Source: Bacteroidia bacterium (GTDB lineage: Bacteria; Bacteroidota; Bacteroidia; Flavobacteriales; Flavobacteriaceae). Taken from it: DNA of 64,000 nucleotides. Positions 16,748 to 26,203 of this stretch are shown here, in pieces. A program made the position numbers and the translations under genes. The stretch spans positions 4,514-68,513 of the forward strand of contig CAUZKB010000001.1 of the NCBI GenBank assembly GCA_963580575.1, written 5' to 3'. The notes beneath the pieces are model-generated. The model was not told the origin of the DNA. It did not search any database and saw only the letters and a program-made list of their open reading frames with translations. The stretch's first letter is position 1. Each line of letters opens with the position of its first letter.

Positions 16748-17881
16748 ATGCAAGATATTAGAATGGTTGATCTCAAAGGTCAACATGAATCAATTAAAGA
16801 GGAAATTGATTTAGAAATTTATAAAGTTTTAAAAAGTACATCTTTTATAAATGGTCCTGTTGTAAATCAATTTCAACAAAAATTAGAAGAATTCAATAAG
16901 GTAAAACATGTAATTCCTTGTGCAAATGGAACTGATGCACTTCAAATAGCTCTCATGGCTTTAGAACTCAAACCTGGAGATGAAGTTATAACTACAGATT
17001 TTACTTTTATCTCAACAGTAGAGGTAATAACACTTTTACGATTAAAACCTGTACTTGTTGATATTGATATTGATACATTTAATATTAATCCTCAGCAAAT
17101 TGAAAAATCGATTACAAGAAAAACAAAAGTAATAATACCTGTTCATCTTTTTGGTCAAGTAGCAGATATGCATGAAATAATGGCAATTGCAAAAAAAAAT
17201 AACATTTATGTAATAGAAGATAATGCTCAAGCTATTGGTGCAAAATTCACTAATAGTGAAGGAAAAAAAATTAAGACAGGTGCCATAGGAGATATTTCAG
17301 CTACTTCATTTTTTCCTTCGAAAAATTTAGGGGCATATGGAGATGGTGGAGCAATTTTTACTAATAATAGTTTTTTTGAAAAAAAAATTAGGGCAATTGT
17401 AAATCATGGTATGATTAAAAGGGATTATCATGACTTTGTTGGGGTTAATTCAAGACTTGATTCAATTCAAGCTGCAATATTAAAAGTTAAATTAAAGTAC
17501 TTAGATTCTTTTAATGAAAAAAGAAAAAATGCTGCTGAAATATATAATACATTTCTTAAAAAAAAAACTGATATAATTCTTCCTTTTACGAAAGGAGAAT
17601 CTGATTCTCATGTTTACCATCAATATACTCTTCGAATTTTGAATCAAAAAAGGGATGTATTAGTTTATCATCTAAAAAAAAATAAAATACCTTTTGGTAT
17701 ATATTATCCAGTTCCATTGCATCTTCAAAAAGCTTATTCTAGGAATGAATATGATAATAATAATTTTGTTAATACCAATAAAGTTGTGGATGAGGTGATT
17801 TCTTTACCAATGCATACTGAATTGACATATATTCAAATAAAATTTATTTGTGAAAAAATTACAGGTTTTTTAGATAAATAG
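16748..17881 (+). CDS. DegT/DnrJ/EryC1/StrS family sugar aminotransferase
   Basis: Starts MQDIRMVDLKGQ. PLP-lysine context SFFPSKNLGAYGDGG. Full-length similarity to the family. Confidence 0.85.
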   Translation: MQDIRMVDLKGQHESIKEEIDLEIYKVLKSTSFINGPVVNQFQQKLEEFNKVKHVIPCANGTDALQIALMALELKPGDEVITTDFTFISTVEVITLLRLKPVLVDIDIDTFNINPQQIEKSITRKTKVIIPVHLFGQVADMHEIMAIAKKNNIYVIEDNAQAIGAKFTNSEGKKIKTGAIGDISATSFFPSKNLGAYGDGGAIFTNNSFFEKKIRAIVNHGMIKRDYHDFVGVNSRLDSIQAAILKVKLKYLDSFNEKRKNAAEIYNTFLKKKTDIILPFTKGESDSHVYHQYTLRILNQKRDVLVYHLKKNKIPFGIYYPVPLHLQKAYSRNEYDNNNFVNTNKVVDEVISLPMHTELTYIQIKFICEKITGFLDK

Positions 17882-17883
17882 TT

Positions 17884-18759
17884 TTAAAAATTGGCAGAAG
17901 ATGCTTTAACTGAAGAATTAATTTTTTTAACTAAACCTTGCAGTACTTTACCTGGACCAACTTCGATAAATTTTTTAGTTCCATTTTTAATTATTTTTTC
18001 AATGCATTGGGTCCATTGTACTGGAGATGTTATTTGTTCGATAAGATTAAACTTTATTTTTTCAGGGTCAGTTTCTGCATTATTTGAAAAATTTTGATAT
18101 ATAGGACAAATTGGAATTTTGAATACTATTCTATTAATTTCATTAGCTAGTTTTTCTTTAGCTGAGTCCATTAAAGGGGAGTGAAAGGCTCCTTCAACAG
18201 GTAGAATGAGTGCTCTTTTAGCACCGATACTTATTAGTGATTTACATGCTTTTTGAATTGATTTTTTTTCGCCAGAAATAACAATTTGACCTGGACAATT
18301 AAAATTGGCTGTAGTTATAACTCCATTGATTTTGCTACAAACATCTTCAACCACTTCATCTTTAAGACCAATAATAGCAGCCATATTTCCAGGATATTTT
18401 TTACATGCATCTTCCATTGCTTTAGCTCTTTTGGAGACTAATTTTAAACCATCTTCAAAACTTAGGGTATTACATGCAACTAAAGCAGAGAATTCTCCAA
18501 GTGAATGACCTGCAATAACTTTAGGTTTTAAATTTAAAATTTTAGTTAATATCACGGAATGAGTGAAAATTGCTGGTTGGGTTACATTGGTTTTTTTTAA
18601 TGCGTTTTCGTCTTGACCAAACATTATTTTAGTTATTTTAAATCCTAAAATTTTATTTGCATCTTCAAATAGTTCTTTTGAATCTTCAGAATAGTCATAT
18701 AGATCTTTTCCCATACCACAAAACTGTGATCCTTGACCTGGATAAATATATGCAGTCAT
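17884..18759 (-). CDS. fabD: ACP S-malonyltransferase
   Basis: 291-aa ORF with YPGQGSQ, the active-site motif GHSLGEFSA, and GAFHSPLM. Confidence 0.95.
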   Translation of the reverse strand: MTAYIYPGQGSQFCGMGKDLYDYSEDSKELFEDANKILGFKITKIMFGQDENALKKTNVTQPAIFTHSVILTKILNLKPKVIAGHSLGEFSALVACNTLSFEDGLKLVSKRAKAMEDACKKYPGNMAAIIGLKDEVVEDVCSKINGVITTANFNCPGQIVISGEKKSIQKACKSLISIGAKRALILPVEGAFHSPLMDSAKEKLANEINRIVFKIPICPIYQNFSNNAETDPEKIKFNLIEQITSPVQWTQCIEKIIKNGTKKFIEVGPGKVLQGLVKKINSSVKASSANF

Positions 18760-19262
18760 TTTTTTTTATATGTTAAGTATGAAAATATTAAAGTTTTATC
18801 ATCATTAAAATTATTTCTTTTTGTATTTATCAATTGCCATTCATTTTCTTCAACTTCAGGAAAGAAAGCATCCCCATTATATAATTTATGTATTCTTGTT
18901 AGTTCAATTTTATTAGAAATATTTATGAACAAATTATATATTTCACTACCACCAATTATAAAGGGTTGATTGTCATCTTGACAATAATTTAATGCTTCCG
19001 GAATATTATGAGCTATAAATATTCCATCAGCTTTATAATTTTCATTTCTTGTTAAAATTATATTTTTTCTTTCTGGAAGCGGTTTTGGCATGGATTCAAA
19101 TGTTTTTCTTCCCATTATTACAGAATGTCCAAGAGTTAGTTTTTTAAATCTCTTCAAATCATCCGGAATATGCCAGATTAATTTATTATTTTTTCCTAAA
19201 ATATTATTTTCTGATGCTGCAGCAATAATAGTTATCTCTTTTTTTTTTGACATTTCAATCAA
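18756..19262 (-). CDS. folA: dihydrofolate reductase
   Basis: 168-aa ORF with IIAAASENNILGKNNKLIWHIPDDLKRFKKLTLGHSVIMGRKTFES. It overlaps the fabD start by 4 nt. Confidence 0.9.
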   Translation of the reverse strand: MIEMSKKKEITIIAAASENNILGKNNKLIWHIPDDLKRFKKLTLGHSVIMGRKTFESMPKPLPERKNIILTRNENYKADGIFIAHNIPEALNYCQDDNQPFIIGGSEIYNLFINISNKIELTRIHKLYNGDAFFPEVEENEWQLINTKRNNFNDDKTLIFSYLTYKKK

Positions 19263-19277
19263 TTAAATAATAAAGAT

Positions 19278-19285
19278 TAATTTTG
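19278..19285 (+). promoter_or_regulatory. Bacteroidota-type -7 box (TAATTTTG)
   Basis: Exact TAnnTTTG match, 45 nt upstream of the ATG at 19331. Confidence 0.3.
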
Positions 19286-19330
19286 GGCAAAATTACACTT
19301 TAAATTAAATAAGATCTTTATTATTGATTT

Positions 19331-20380
19331 ATGTTTGATGATTTTCCATTATTAAAAAATAGCATTTATTTAAATACCGCATATGTAGGACTTATGTCAC
19401 AAGGGCTTTATCATTTTAGAAGAAAATATGATTTAGATTATATTAATAAAGGGGATCATATTCATATGGGTAGACATGAAATAATTGAAAGAGCTAGAAA
19501 TTCAATTTCTATATTTTTTGGGTCAGAACTTAATCATACATTTGTTTCTTCAAATTTTTCCTCTGCTCTAAGAAATATTTTAAAATATATACCTCAAAAT
19601 TCAAATTTTTTGGTTTTAGAAGAAGATTATCCCTCTATAATTGATTTAATTGAAGAAAGAGCATTTAAATTTCATAAAATTCCTATATCTGCTAATTTAG
19701 AAGACAGTATTCTTAAATTTTTAGAGACAGAAAAAATTGACGTTATAGCAGTTAGTGTTGTTCAATATATATCAGGTTTATTAATAGATTTAGATTTTTT
19801 AAAAAAAATTAAACAGAATAACCCAAAAATTATCATTATTGGAGACGGAACCCAGTTTTTGGGAGGTCATGTTTTTAATTTTGAAGATTCTCCTTTTGAT
19901 TTTATTGCTTCGAGTGGATATAAATGGCTTCTATCAGGGTTTGGTAATGGATTATTTATGGTTTCAGATAATTTTTTCAAGTTTACGAAAACTAATGAAT
20001 CAATTTTTTTAGAGAAAATATATGATGGTCATACTGATTTATTAGGATTAGAAAGTTTAAATTATTCAATTAATAGTTTGTTAAAGGCGGATTTTAATTC
20101 ATTGATTGATAAAAAAAACAAGCTTACTTCAATTTTAAAAAAATCATTAAAAGAGATTGGTTTATTAGATTCTTTATCATCTCAAAGAAAAATTCATAGT
20201 AGTATTTTTAACATAAAATTAAATAATAACGACTTCAAATTTTTAATTGATAATAATGTTAGATGTGTGAAAAGAGGTAATGGAATAAGAGTCTCTTTAC
20301 ATTTTTACAACTCAAAACAAGATGTAATAGGGTTTATTTCACTTTTAAAAAAGTTAAACAGAGACTTTTCCCTTAATTAA
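19331..20380 (+). CDS. class V aminotransferase-fold PLP-dependent enzyme
   Basis: 349-aa ORF with the lysine context [15 protein letters not shown] and overall NifS/IscS-like architecture. Its 3' end overlaps the thyA 3' end by 27 nt. Confidence 0.6.
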   Translation: MFDDFPLLKNSIYLNTAYVGLMSQGLYHFRRKYDLDYINKGDHIHMGRHEIIERARNSISIFFGSELNHTFVSSNFSSALRNILKYIPQNSNFLVLEEDYPSIIDLIEERAFKFHKIPISANLEDSILKFLETEKIDVIAVSVVQYISGLLIDLDFLKKIKQNNPKIIIIGDGTQFLGGHVFNFEDSPFDFIASSGYKWLLSGFGNGLFMVSDNFFKFTKTNESIFLEKIYDGHTDLLGLESLNYSINSLLKADFNSLIDKKNKLTSILKKSLKEIGLLDSLSSQRKIHSSIFNIKLNNNDFKFLIDNNVRCVKRGNGIRVSLHFYNSKQDVIGFISLLKKLNRDFSLN

Positions 20381-21178
20381 TGGATGTGGATTGTAGTCAA
20401 TTAATTCAAAATCTTCGTATTTAAAATTAAAAATATTTTTTATTTGTGGATTTAAAATCATTTTCGGTAAAGGTTTAAAATTTCTTTTTAACTGTTCATT
20501 AATTTGATTCATGTGATTAATATATATATGAGCGTCTCCAAAAGTATGAACAAAAGTTCCAGGGTTTAGATCACAAGCTTGAGCAACCATTAGTGTTAAA
20601 AGTGAATAAGAAGCTATATTAAAAGGCACTCCTAAAAAAACATCCGCACTTCTCTGATATAGTTGACATGATAATTTACTTTCTGACACATAAAATTGGA
20701 AAAAAGCATGACAAGGAGGCAAGGCTGCTTTATTATTTTTTACATTTTCAGCAAAGGATACTTCATTATTGGGAAGAACACTAGGATTCCAAGCTGAAAT
20801 AAGCATTCTTCTACTATCTGCATTTTTTTTAATTGTTTTAATTACTTCTTTAATTTGATCAATACCTTCATTATTCCAATTTCTCCATTGATAACCATAT
20901 ATTGGACCTAAATCACCGTTTTTGTTTGCCCATTCATTCCAAATTCGAACTCCATTTTTATTTAAATAATTAATATTTGTATCCCCTTTTAAAAACCAAA
21001 GCAATTCATGAATTACAGATTTAACATGAATTTTTTTTGTTGTAACTAATGGGAAACCATTAGAAAGATTAAAATGCATTTGATAACCAAAAATACTTTT
21101 TGTTCCAGTTCCGGTTCTATCTTTTTTTAAAACACCTTCTTTAATTATTTTATTAATAAGATTAAAATACTGCACCAT
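20354..21178 (-). CDS. thyA: thymidylate synthase
   Basis: 274-aa ORF with DRTGTGT, the active-site motif [29 protein letters not shown] and the C-terminal [10 protein letters not shown]. Confidence 0.97.
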   Translation of the reverse strand: MVQYFNLINKIIKEGVLKKDRTGTGTKSIFGYQMHFNLSNGFPLVTTKKIHVKSVIHELLWFLKGDTNINYLNKNGVRIWNEWANKNGDLGPIYGYQWRNWNNEGIDQIKEVIKTIKKNADSRRMLISAWNPSVLPNNEVSFAENVKNNKAALPPCHAFFQFYVSESKLSCQLYQRSADVFLGVPFNIASYSLLTLMVAQACDLNPGTFVHTFGDAHIYINHMNQINEQLKRNFKPLPKMILNPQIKNIFNFKYEDFELIDYNPHPLIKGKVSV

Positions 21179-21270
21179 TTTTAATTAAGTTTATCCAAAA
21201 ATAAAATCAATTAATTAATTAGTAACTTAAATTATTTGAAAATTTTAAAAATTGATTAACAATTTTAACT

Positions 21271-21894
21271 TTATTTTTCGAATTTTCTTTTTGATAGCTC
21301 ATCTCTGACCCTAGCAGCTTGTTCATAATTTTCCATTGCTACCATTTTATTTAACAAGGACTTGAGCTTTGAGGTTGGTGATTTTTTCAGATCTTCAGGT
21401 AGTAAATTGTTATCAAATTCCTGTGAAACAAAATCTTGAATCCAGTTATCACTGAAAGATTTTATGTTTTTACTAGATGATACTGAAGCAGTAAAACCGG
21501 CTTTTTTTAATATTGATTCATATGTTAGTATTGGGGCATCAAATCTAAGAGCTAATGCTATTGCATCTGAAGTTCTAGAGTCAATAATTTCTTCTATTTT
21601 ATCTCTTTCACATATAATGTTAGAATAAAAAACTCCATCAACTAGCTTGTGAATAATTACTTTTTTAACATAGATATTAAACCTATTAGAAAAGTTTTTA
21701 AATAAATCATGAGTTAATGGTCTAGAGGGTTTTATTTCATCTTCTAGAGCTATAGCAATAGATTGGGCTTCAAACCCACCTATTATTATAGGTAGTTTTC
21801 GATCTCCTTTATTTTCACCCAATATTAGTGCATAAGCACCTGATTGTGTCTCGCTATATGAAATACCTTTTACTGTTAGTGTTACTAATTCCAT
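21271..21894 (-). CDS. bifunctional nuclease family protein (DUF151) with C-terminal UVR motif
   Basis: 207-aa ORF. LPIIIGGFEAQSIA and RPLTHDL are typical of DUF151. The C-terminal YEQAARVRDEL is a UvrB/C-type motif. Confidence 0.7.
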   Translation of the reverse strand: MELVTLTVKGISYSETQSGAYALILGENKGDRKLPIIIGGFEAQSIAIALEDEIKPSRPLTHDLFKNFSNRFNIYVKKVIIHKLVDGVFYSNIICERDKIEEIIDSRTSDAIALALRFDAPILTYESILKKAGFTASVSSSKNIKSFSDNWIQDFVSQEFDNNLLPEDLKKSPTSKLKSLLNKMVAMENYEQAARVRDELSKRKFEK

Positions 21895-21984
21895 GTCAAT
21901 TTAAATTCTAATAATAAATTCAGGTATTTACATTAACGTAATTTTTCATAATTTATTGAGTGGAGCTTATATATAATTAATGAT

Positions 21985-21992
21985 TAAATTTG
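21985..21992 (+). promoter_or_regulatory. Bacteroidota-type -7 box (TAAATTTG) for pdhB
   Basis: Exact TAnnTTTG match, 17 nt upstream of the ATG at 22010. Confidence 0.4.
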
Positions 21993-22009
21993 TTGCATAA
22001 AGTTAATTT

Positions 22010-22990
22010 ATGAAGATTATTCAATTTAGAGAAGCACTTTGTGAGGCTATGAGTGAAGAAATGAGAAGAGATGAATCAGTTTATCTTATGGGTGAAGAAG
22101 TTGCTGAATACAATGGCGCTTATAAAGCTTCTAAGGGTATGTTAGATGAGTTTGGGGAAAGAAGAGTCATTGATACTCCTATTTCTGAATCAGGATTTGC
22201 TGGAGTTGGTGTTGGATCAACTATGACAGGAAATAGACCAATTATTGAATTTATGACCTTTAATTTTGCTTTAGTTGGGATTGATCAAATAATTAATAAT
22301 GCGGCAAAAATCAGGCAAATGTCTGGAGGTCAATTTCCGTGTCCGATAGTTTTTAGAGGACCTACCGGTTCGGCTGGTCAATTAGGCGCAACTCATTCTC
22401 AAGCTTTTGAAAGTTGGTATTCTAATTGTCCTGGATTAAAAGTTATTGTGCCTTCAAATCCATATGATGCAAAAGGACTTTTGAAATCTGCTATAAGAGA
22501 TGACGATCCTGTTATTTTTATGGAATCTGAGCAAATGTATGGGGATAAAGGTGAAGTTCCAGAGAATGAATATATAATTCCTATTGGTGTTGCAGATGTA
22601 AAAAGAGCTGGAGACGATGTCACGATAGTTTCATTTGGAAAAATTTTAAAGGAAGCATTAATTGCTTCTGAAGAGTTATCAAAAAATGGTATAGAATGTG
22701 AGATAATTGATTTGAGAACAATAAGACCAATGGATTATAATACAATTTTTAATTCTGTTAAAAAAACTAATCGATTAGTAATTCTTGAAGAGTCATGGCC
22801 CTTTGGAAATATTGCAACTGAAATAACTTATCAAGTTCAAAATGAGATTTTTGATTATTTAGATGCGCCTATTGAAAAAATTAATACAGCTGATACACCC
22901 GCACCATTTTCACCTGTTCTACTCCAAGAGTGGTTACCAAGTAGTAAAGATGTAATTTCATCTGTTAATAAAGTACTTTATAAAAAATAA
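22010..22990 (+). CDS. pdhB: pyruvate dehydrogenase complex E1 component, beta subunit
   Basis: 326-aa ORF with a transketolase-like pyrimidine-binding domain and C-terminal domain (RVIDTPISESGFAGVGVGS...). Confidence 0.9.
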   Translation: MKIIQFREALCEAMSEEMRRDESVYLMGEEVAEYNGAYKASKGMLDEFGERRVIDTPISESGFAGVGVGSTMTGNRPIIEFMTFNFALVGIDQIINNAAKIRQMSGGQFPCPIVFRGPTGSAGQLGATHSQAFESWYSNCPGLKVIVPSNPYDAKGLLKSAIRDDDPVIFMESEQMYGDKGEVPENEYIIPIGVADVKRAGDDVTIVSFGKILKEALIASEELSKNGIECEIIDLRTIRPMDYNTIFNSVKKTNRLVILEESWPFGNIATEITYQVQNEIFDYLDAPIEKINTADTPAPFSPVLLQEWLPSSKDVISSVNKVLYKK

Positions 22991-23006
22991 TCTTTGATTT
23001 AAGAAA

Positions 23007-23038
23007 ATAATAAAGTTATCACTTGATTATTTTTTTTT
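23007..23038 (+). terminator. AU-rich intrinsic terminator candidate after pdhB
   Basis: ATAATAAAG (23007-23015), 6-nt loop, CTTGATTAT (23022-23030). Eight of nine pairs form, followed by a T9 run. The stem is weak and almost all A-T. Confidence 0.35.
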
Positions 23039-23086
23039 ATTTTGGTTCATTTTATTATTTTTACAGCCGTTTTAAAAAATTTAAAC

Positions 23087-25372
23087 ATGGAATTAATAGT
23101 AAAAATTTTACCCGCTTTTGGTCTTTTAGCTTTGTTATTTGTTTTAATAAAAAATGCTTGGGTATCTAAACAAGATGCAGGAAACGAAAAGATGCAAAAA
23201 ATATCTAAGAATATTTCTGATGGTGCAATGTCTTTTCTTAAATCAGAATATAAAATACTTTCAGTTTTTGTTTTCTTAGTTGCTGTTCTTTTATACATAA
23301 AAGGAAGTAATGAAGTTGGATCAAATGGTATGGTTGCATTTTCTTTTATTGTTGGAGCTATATGTTCTGCTTTAGCTGGTTTTATAGGAATGAAAGTCGC
23401 AACTAAAGCAAATGTTAGAACAACTCAAGCTGCAAGGCAATCACTTGGAAAAGCTCTTGAAGTCGCTTTTGCTGGGGGCTCAGTAATGGGCTTGGGTGTT
23501 GTTGGTCTTGGAGTATTAGGTCTTAGCAGTTTGTTTTTAATATATATAGAAATCTGGCCTGGAAGTGAAAATCTATCAATGGTATTAAATGTTCTTACAG
23601 GATTTTCCATGGGAGCTTCATCAATTGCGTTTTTTGCCCGTGTAGGTGGAGGAATATATACTAAGGCTGCAGATGTGGGAGCAGATTTGGTTGGTAAGGT
23701 TGAAGCAGGAATTCCTGAGGACCATCCTCTAAATCCAGCAACAATTGCTGATAATGTTGGTGATAATGTTGGCGATGTTGCAGGAATGGGAGCAGATCTT
23801 TTTGAATCTTATGTAGGATCCATAATTGGAACTATGATTTTAGGAGCATTTATTGTAACTCCTAATTTCTCTGGGTTGGGAGCTGTATATCTTCCTTTAG
23901 TTCTTGCTGCAGTTGGAATTATTATGTCAATTATTGGAACATTTTTTGTTAAAGTAAAAGATGGAGGAAATCCACAAAAAGCTTTAAATATTGGCGAGTT
24001 TGGTTCTGCAGGATTAATGATTATAGTATCATATTTTATAATAAATGCATTGATTCCAAGTTCGATTGATGGTTTGCCTTATGGGGCAATGGGAATTTTT
24101 TTGGCTACAATAACTGGATTGGCATCTGGTCTTGGTGTTGGTAAAATAACTGAATATTATACAGGTACAGGAACTAAACCTGTAAGTTCAATTGTTCGAC
24201 AATCTGAAACTGGAGCTGCAACTAATATAATTTCAGGTTTAGGGGTGGGAATGATGTCAACAATGATTCCAATTATTTTAATAGCAACTGCTATTTTGGT
24301 ATCTCATCATTTTGCTGGCTTGTATGGTATTGCAATTGCCGCAGTTGGAATGTTGTCAAATACAGGAATTCAATTAGCCGTAGATGCTTATGGACCAATC
24401 TCTGATAATGCTGGTGGTATTGCTGAGATGGCTGAGCTTCCAAATGAAGTTAGAGAAAGAACAGATAAATTAGATGCCGTTGGTAATACTACAGCAGCAA
24501 TAGGGAAAGGATTTGCTATTGCCTCTGCTGCTCTTACTGCTTTAGCATTATTTGCAGCTTATATGCAGGTTGCTAATCTTAGTTCAATTGATGTCTCAAA
24601 ACCTAAAGTTATGGCAGGTCTTTTGATTGGAGGTATGTTACCTTTTGTTTTTTCAGCTCTTTCGCTGAATGCTGTTGGTCGAGCAGCAATGGCTATGATT
24701 GAAGAAGTTAGAAGACAGTTTAATGATATCCCTAAATTAAAAGCAGCTCTGGAAGTAATGAGAAAATATAATGCCGATATGTCTAAAGCTTCAAAATCCG
24801 ATAGAGAAATTTTTGACGCGGCTGATGGATGCGCTGATTATGAAAAATGCGTTGCTATTTCAACAAAGGCATCAATTAAAGAAATGGTGTTACCTGGTTT
24901 ACTGGCTATTGCAGTTCCGGTAACAATTGGATATGTTGGTGGGGCAGAAATGTTAGGAGGTCTTCTAGCAGGTGTAACAACTTGTGGTGTTTTAATGGCA
25001 ATTTTTCAATCAAATGCTGGTGGGGCATGGGATAATGCAAAAAAAATGATTGAATCAGATGGCAGAAAAGGTAGTAATGCTCATAAAGCTGCTGTAGTAG
25101 GAGATACTGTAGGTGATCCATTTAAAGATACTTCAGGACCTTCTTTGAATATTCTTTTAAAATTAATGTCAGTGGTTGCACTTGTAATAGCGCCTAGTAT
25201 TTCTCTTGATTCAAATAAAATTTCTGATAATTATAGTTTTGAAAAGAATCCTATTCACTACGAGACTAATTTTGATAATTTTAAAGAAGATATCTTTGTT
25301 TTAAATAAAAAAGTAAAAATTGACAATAATTCAGATAAGATTTTCTTGTTTGGAGATAATTATTTAAAATAA
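23087..25372 (+). CDS. hppA: membrane-integral K+-dependent-type H+/Na+-translocating pyrophosphatase
   Basis: Contains [30 protein letters not shown] (Ala marks the K+-dependent type) and [19 protein letters not shown]. The ATG at 23087 (MELIVKILP) is preferred over the TTG at 23042. There is a hydrophilic C-terminal extension of about 58 aa. Confidence 0.95.
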   Translation: MELIVKILPAFGLLALLFVLIKNAWVSKQDAGNEKMQKISKNISDGAMSFLKSEYKILSVFVFLVAVLLYIKGSNEVGSNGMVAFSFIVGAICSALAGFIGMKVATKANVRTTQAARQSLGKALEVAFAGGSVMGLGVVGLGVLGLSSLFLIYIEIWPGSENLSMVLNVLTGFSMGASSIAFFARVGGGIYTKAADVGADLVGKVEAGIPEDHPLNPATIADNVGDNVGDVAGMGADLFESYVGSIIGTMILGAFIVTPNFSGLGAVYLPLVLAAVGIIMSIIGTFFVKVKDGGNPQKALNIGEFGSAGLMIIVSYFIINALIPSSIDGLPYGAMGIFLATITGLASGLGVGKITEYYTGTGTKPVSSIVRQSETGAATNIISGLGVGMMSTMIPIILIATAILVSHHFAGLYGIAIAAVGMLSNTGIQLAVDAYGPISDNAGGIAEMAELPNEVRERTDKLDAVGNTTAAIGKGFAIASAALTALALFAAYMQVANLSSIDVSKPKVMAGLLIGGMLPFVFSALSLNAVGRAAMAMIEEVRRQFNDIPKLKAALEVMRKYNADMSKASKSDREIFDAADGCADYEKCVAISTKASIKEMVLPGLLAIAVPVTIGYVGGAEMLGGLLAGVTTCGVLMAIFQSNAGGAWDNAKKMIESDGRKGSNAHKAAVVGDTVGDPFKDTSGPSLNILLKLMSVVALVIAPSISLDSNKISDNYSFEKNPIHYETNFDNFKEDIFVLNKKVKIDNNSDKIFLFGDNYLK

Positions 25373-25374
25373 TT

Positions 25375-25983
25375 TTATTTTCTTATTTCTTTATCTATTT
25401 TCTCAATTATAGTTTTTAGGTCTTTTTTATTTTCTACAAAGTCTATATCATCGACATCAATTATAAGTAATTTCCCTTTATCATATTTACTTATCCAAGC
25501 TTCGTATCTTTCATTTAATCTACTTAAATAATTTATACTAATTGAATTTTCATAAACTCTACCTCTTTTATGAATTTTATTAACTAAGTTAGGAATGGAG
25601 CTTCTTAGGTAAATTAATAGATCTGGTCCTTTAGTAGAGGATTCCATTAGTTCAAAAAGACTTTTATAATTTTCATAATCCCTTAAATTCATAAGACCCA
25701 TTGCATGAAGATTTGGGGCAAATATGAAGGCATCTTCATAAATAGTTCTGTCTTGAATTACATTAATCTTTTTTCCTTTAAATGACTCAATTTGTTTAAA
25801 CCTACTTCTAAGAAAAAAAATTTGTAAGTTAAAAGACCATCTTTCCATATGATTATAAAAGTCATCTAAGTATGGGTTGTCAATTACATCTTCAAAATTT
25901 GATTCCCACTTGTAATGTTTTGCTAAAAGTTCTGTTAAACTTGTTTTACCAGCACCAATATTTCCAGCTATAGCTATATGCAT
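25375..25983 (-). CDS. deoxynucleoside kinase
   Basis: 202-aa ORF with the P-loop GNIGAGKTS and DRTIYED, matching the dNK/dGK family layout. Confidence 0.85.
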   Translation of the reverse strand: MHIAIAGNIGAGKTSLTELLAKHYKWESNFEDVIDNPYLDDFYNHMERWSFNLQIFFLRSRFKQIESFKGKKINVIQDRTIYEDAFIFAPNLHAMGLMNLRDYENYKSLFELMESSTKGPDLLIYLRSSIPNLVNKIHKRGRVYENSISINYLSRLNERYEAWISKYDKGKLLIIDVDDIDFVENKKDLKTIIEKIDKEIRK

Positions 25984-26103
25984 GTTTTTGTTTTAAGATT
26001 TTGGAAATTCATATATGATTGCAAAGTAATAGTTTTTTAAAAAAAAAAAAAATTGTTTTACTTTGAAATTTTGTTAAAAAAATATTATATTAGCCATCGT
26101 AGG

Positions 26104-26200
26104 GTGAGGAAGGATTTGACTGATTGCAACCTCAATAAAAAAATGCTAAAGCAGTGTTGCTTTAATCAATTTTAATTGAATCCTTCACAAAAGCAACAGA
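26104..26200 (+). promoter_or_regulatory. structured 5' leader of the metK operon (candidate SAM-responsive riboswitch, class unresolved)
   Basis: Outer helix GAAGGATT (26109-26116) / AATCCTTC (26179-26186). Inner helix TGATTGCAAC (26121-26130) / GTTGC-TTT-AATCA (26156-26168). Alternative 8-bp helix GTTGCTTT (26156-26163) / AAAGCAAC (26190-26197), ending 6 nt before the ATG. GCAACC and TGCTAAAGC strings are present. Confidence 0.4.
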
Positions 26201-26203
26201 ATT

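Noticed and set aside
23042-23086. N-terminal 15-aa extension of hppA from the TTG at 23042. The same pattern of TTG-extended starts appears in the ORF track at 5023 (hemW) and 16727 (DegT-family gene).
   Set aside because: In-frame ATGs a few codons downstream give N-termini that match the families (MELIVKILP..., MANIYVHYPFC..., MQDIRMVDLKGQ...). For the DegT-family gene the TTG lies inside the promoter box.
26033-26052. T6A14 homopolymer tract in the dNK / metK divergent spacer, as a possible phase-variable promoter spacer or terminator.
   Set aside because: I could not place recognisable -33/-7 boxes flanking it. It has no GC-containing stem. Both neighbouring genes are housekeeping genes for which phase variation is implausible. 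It is more likely an AT-rich curvature or UP-like tract, and it is also prone to length errors in sequencing.
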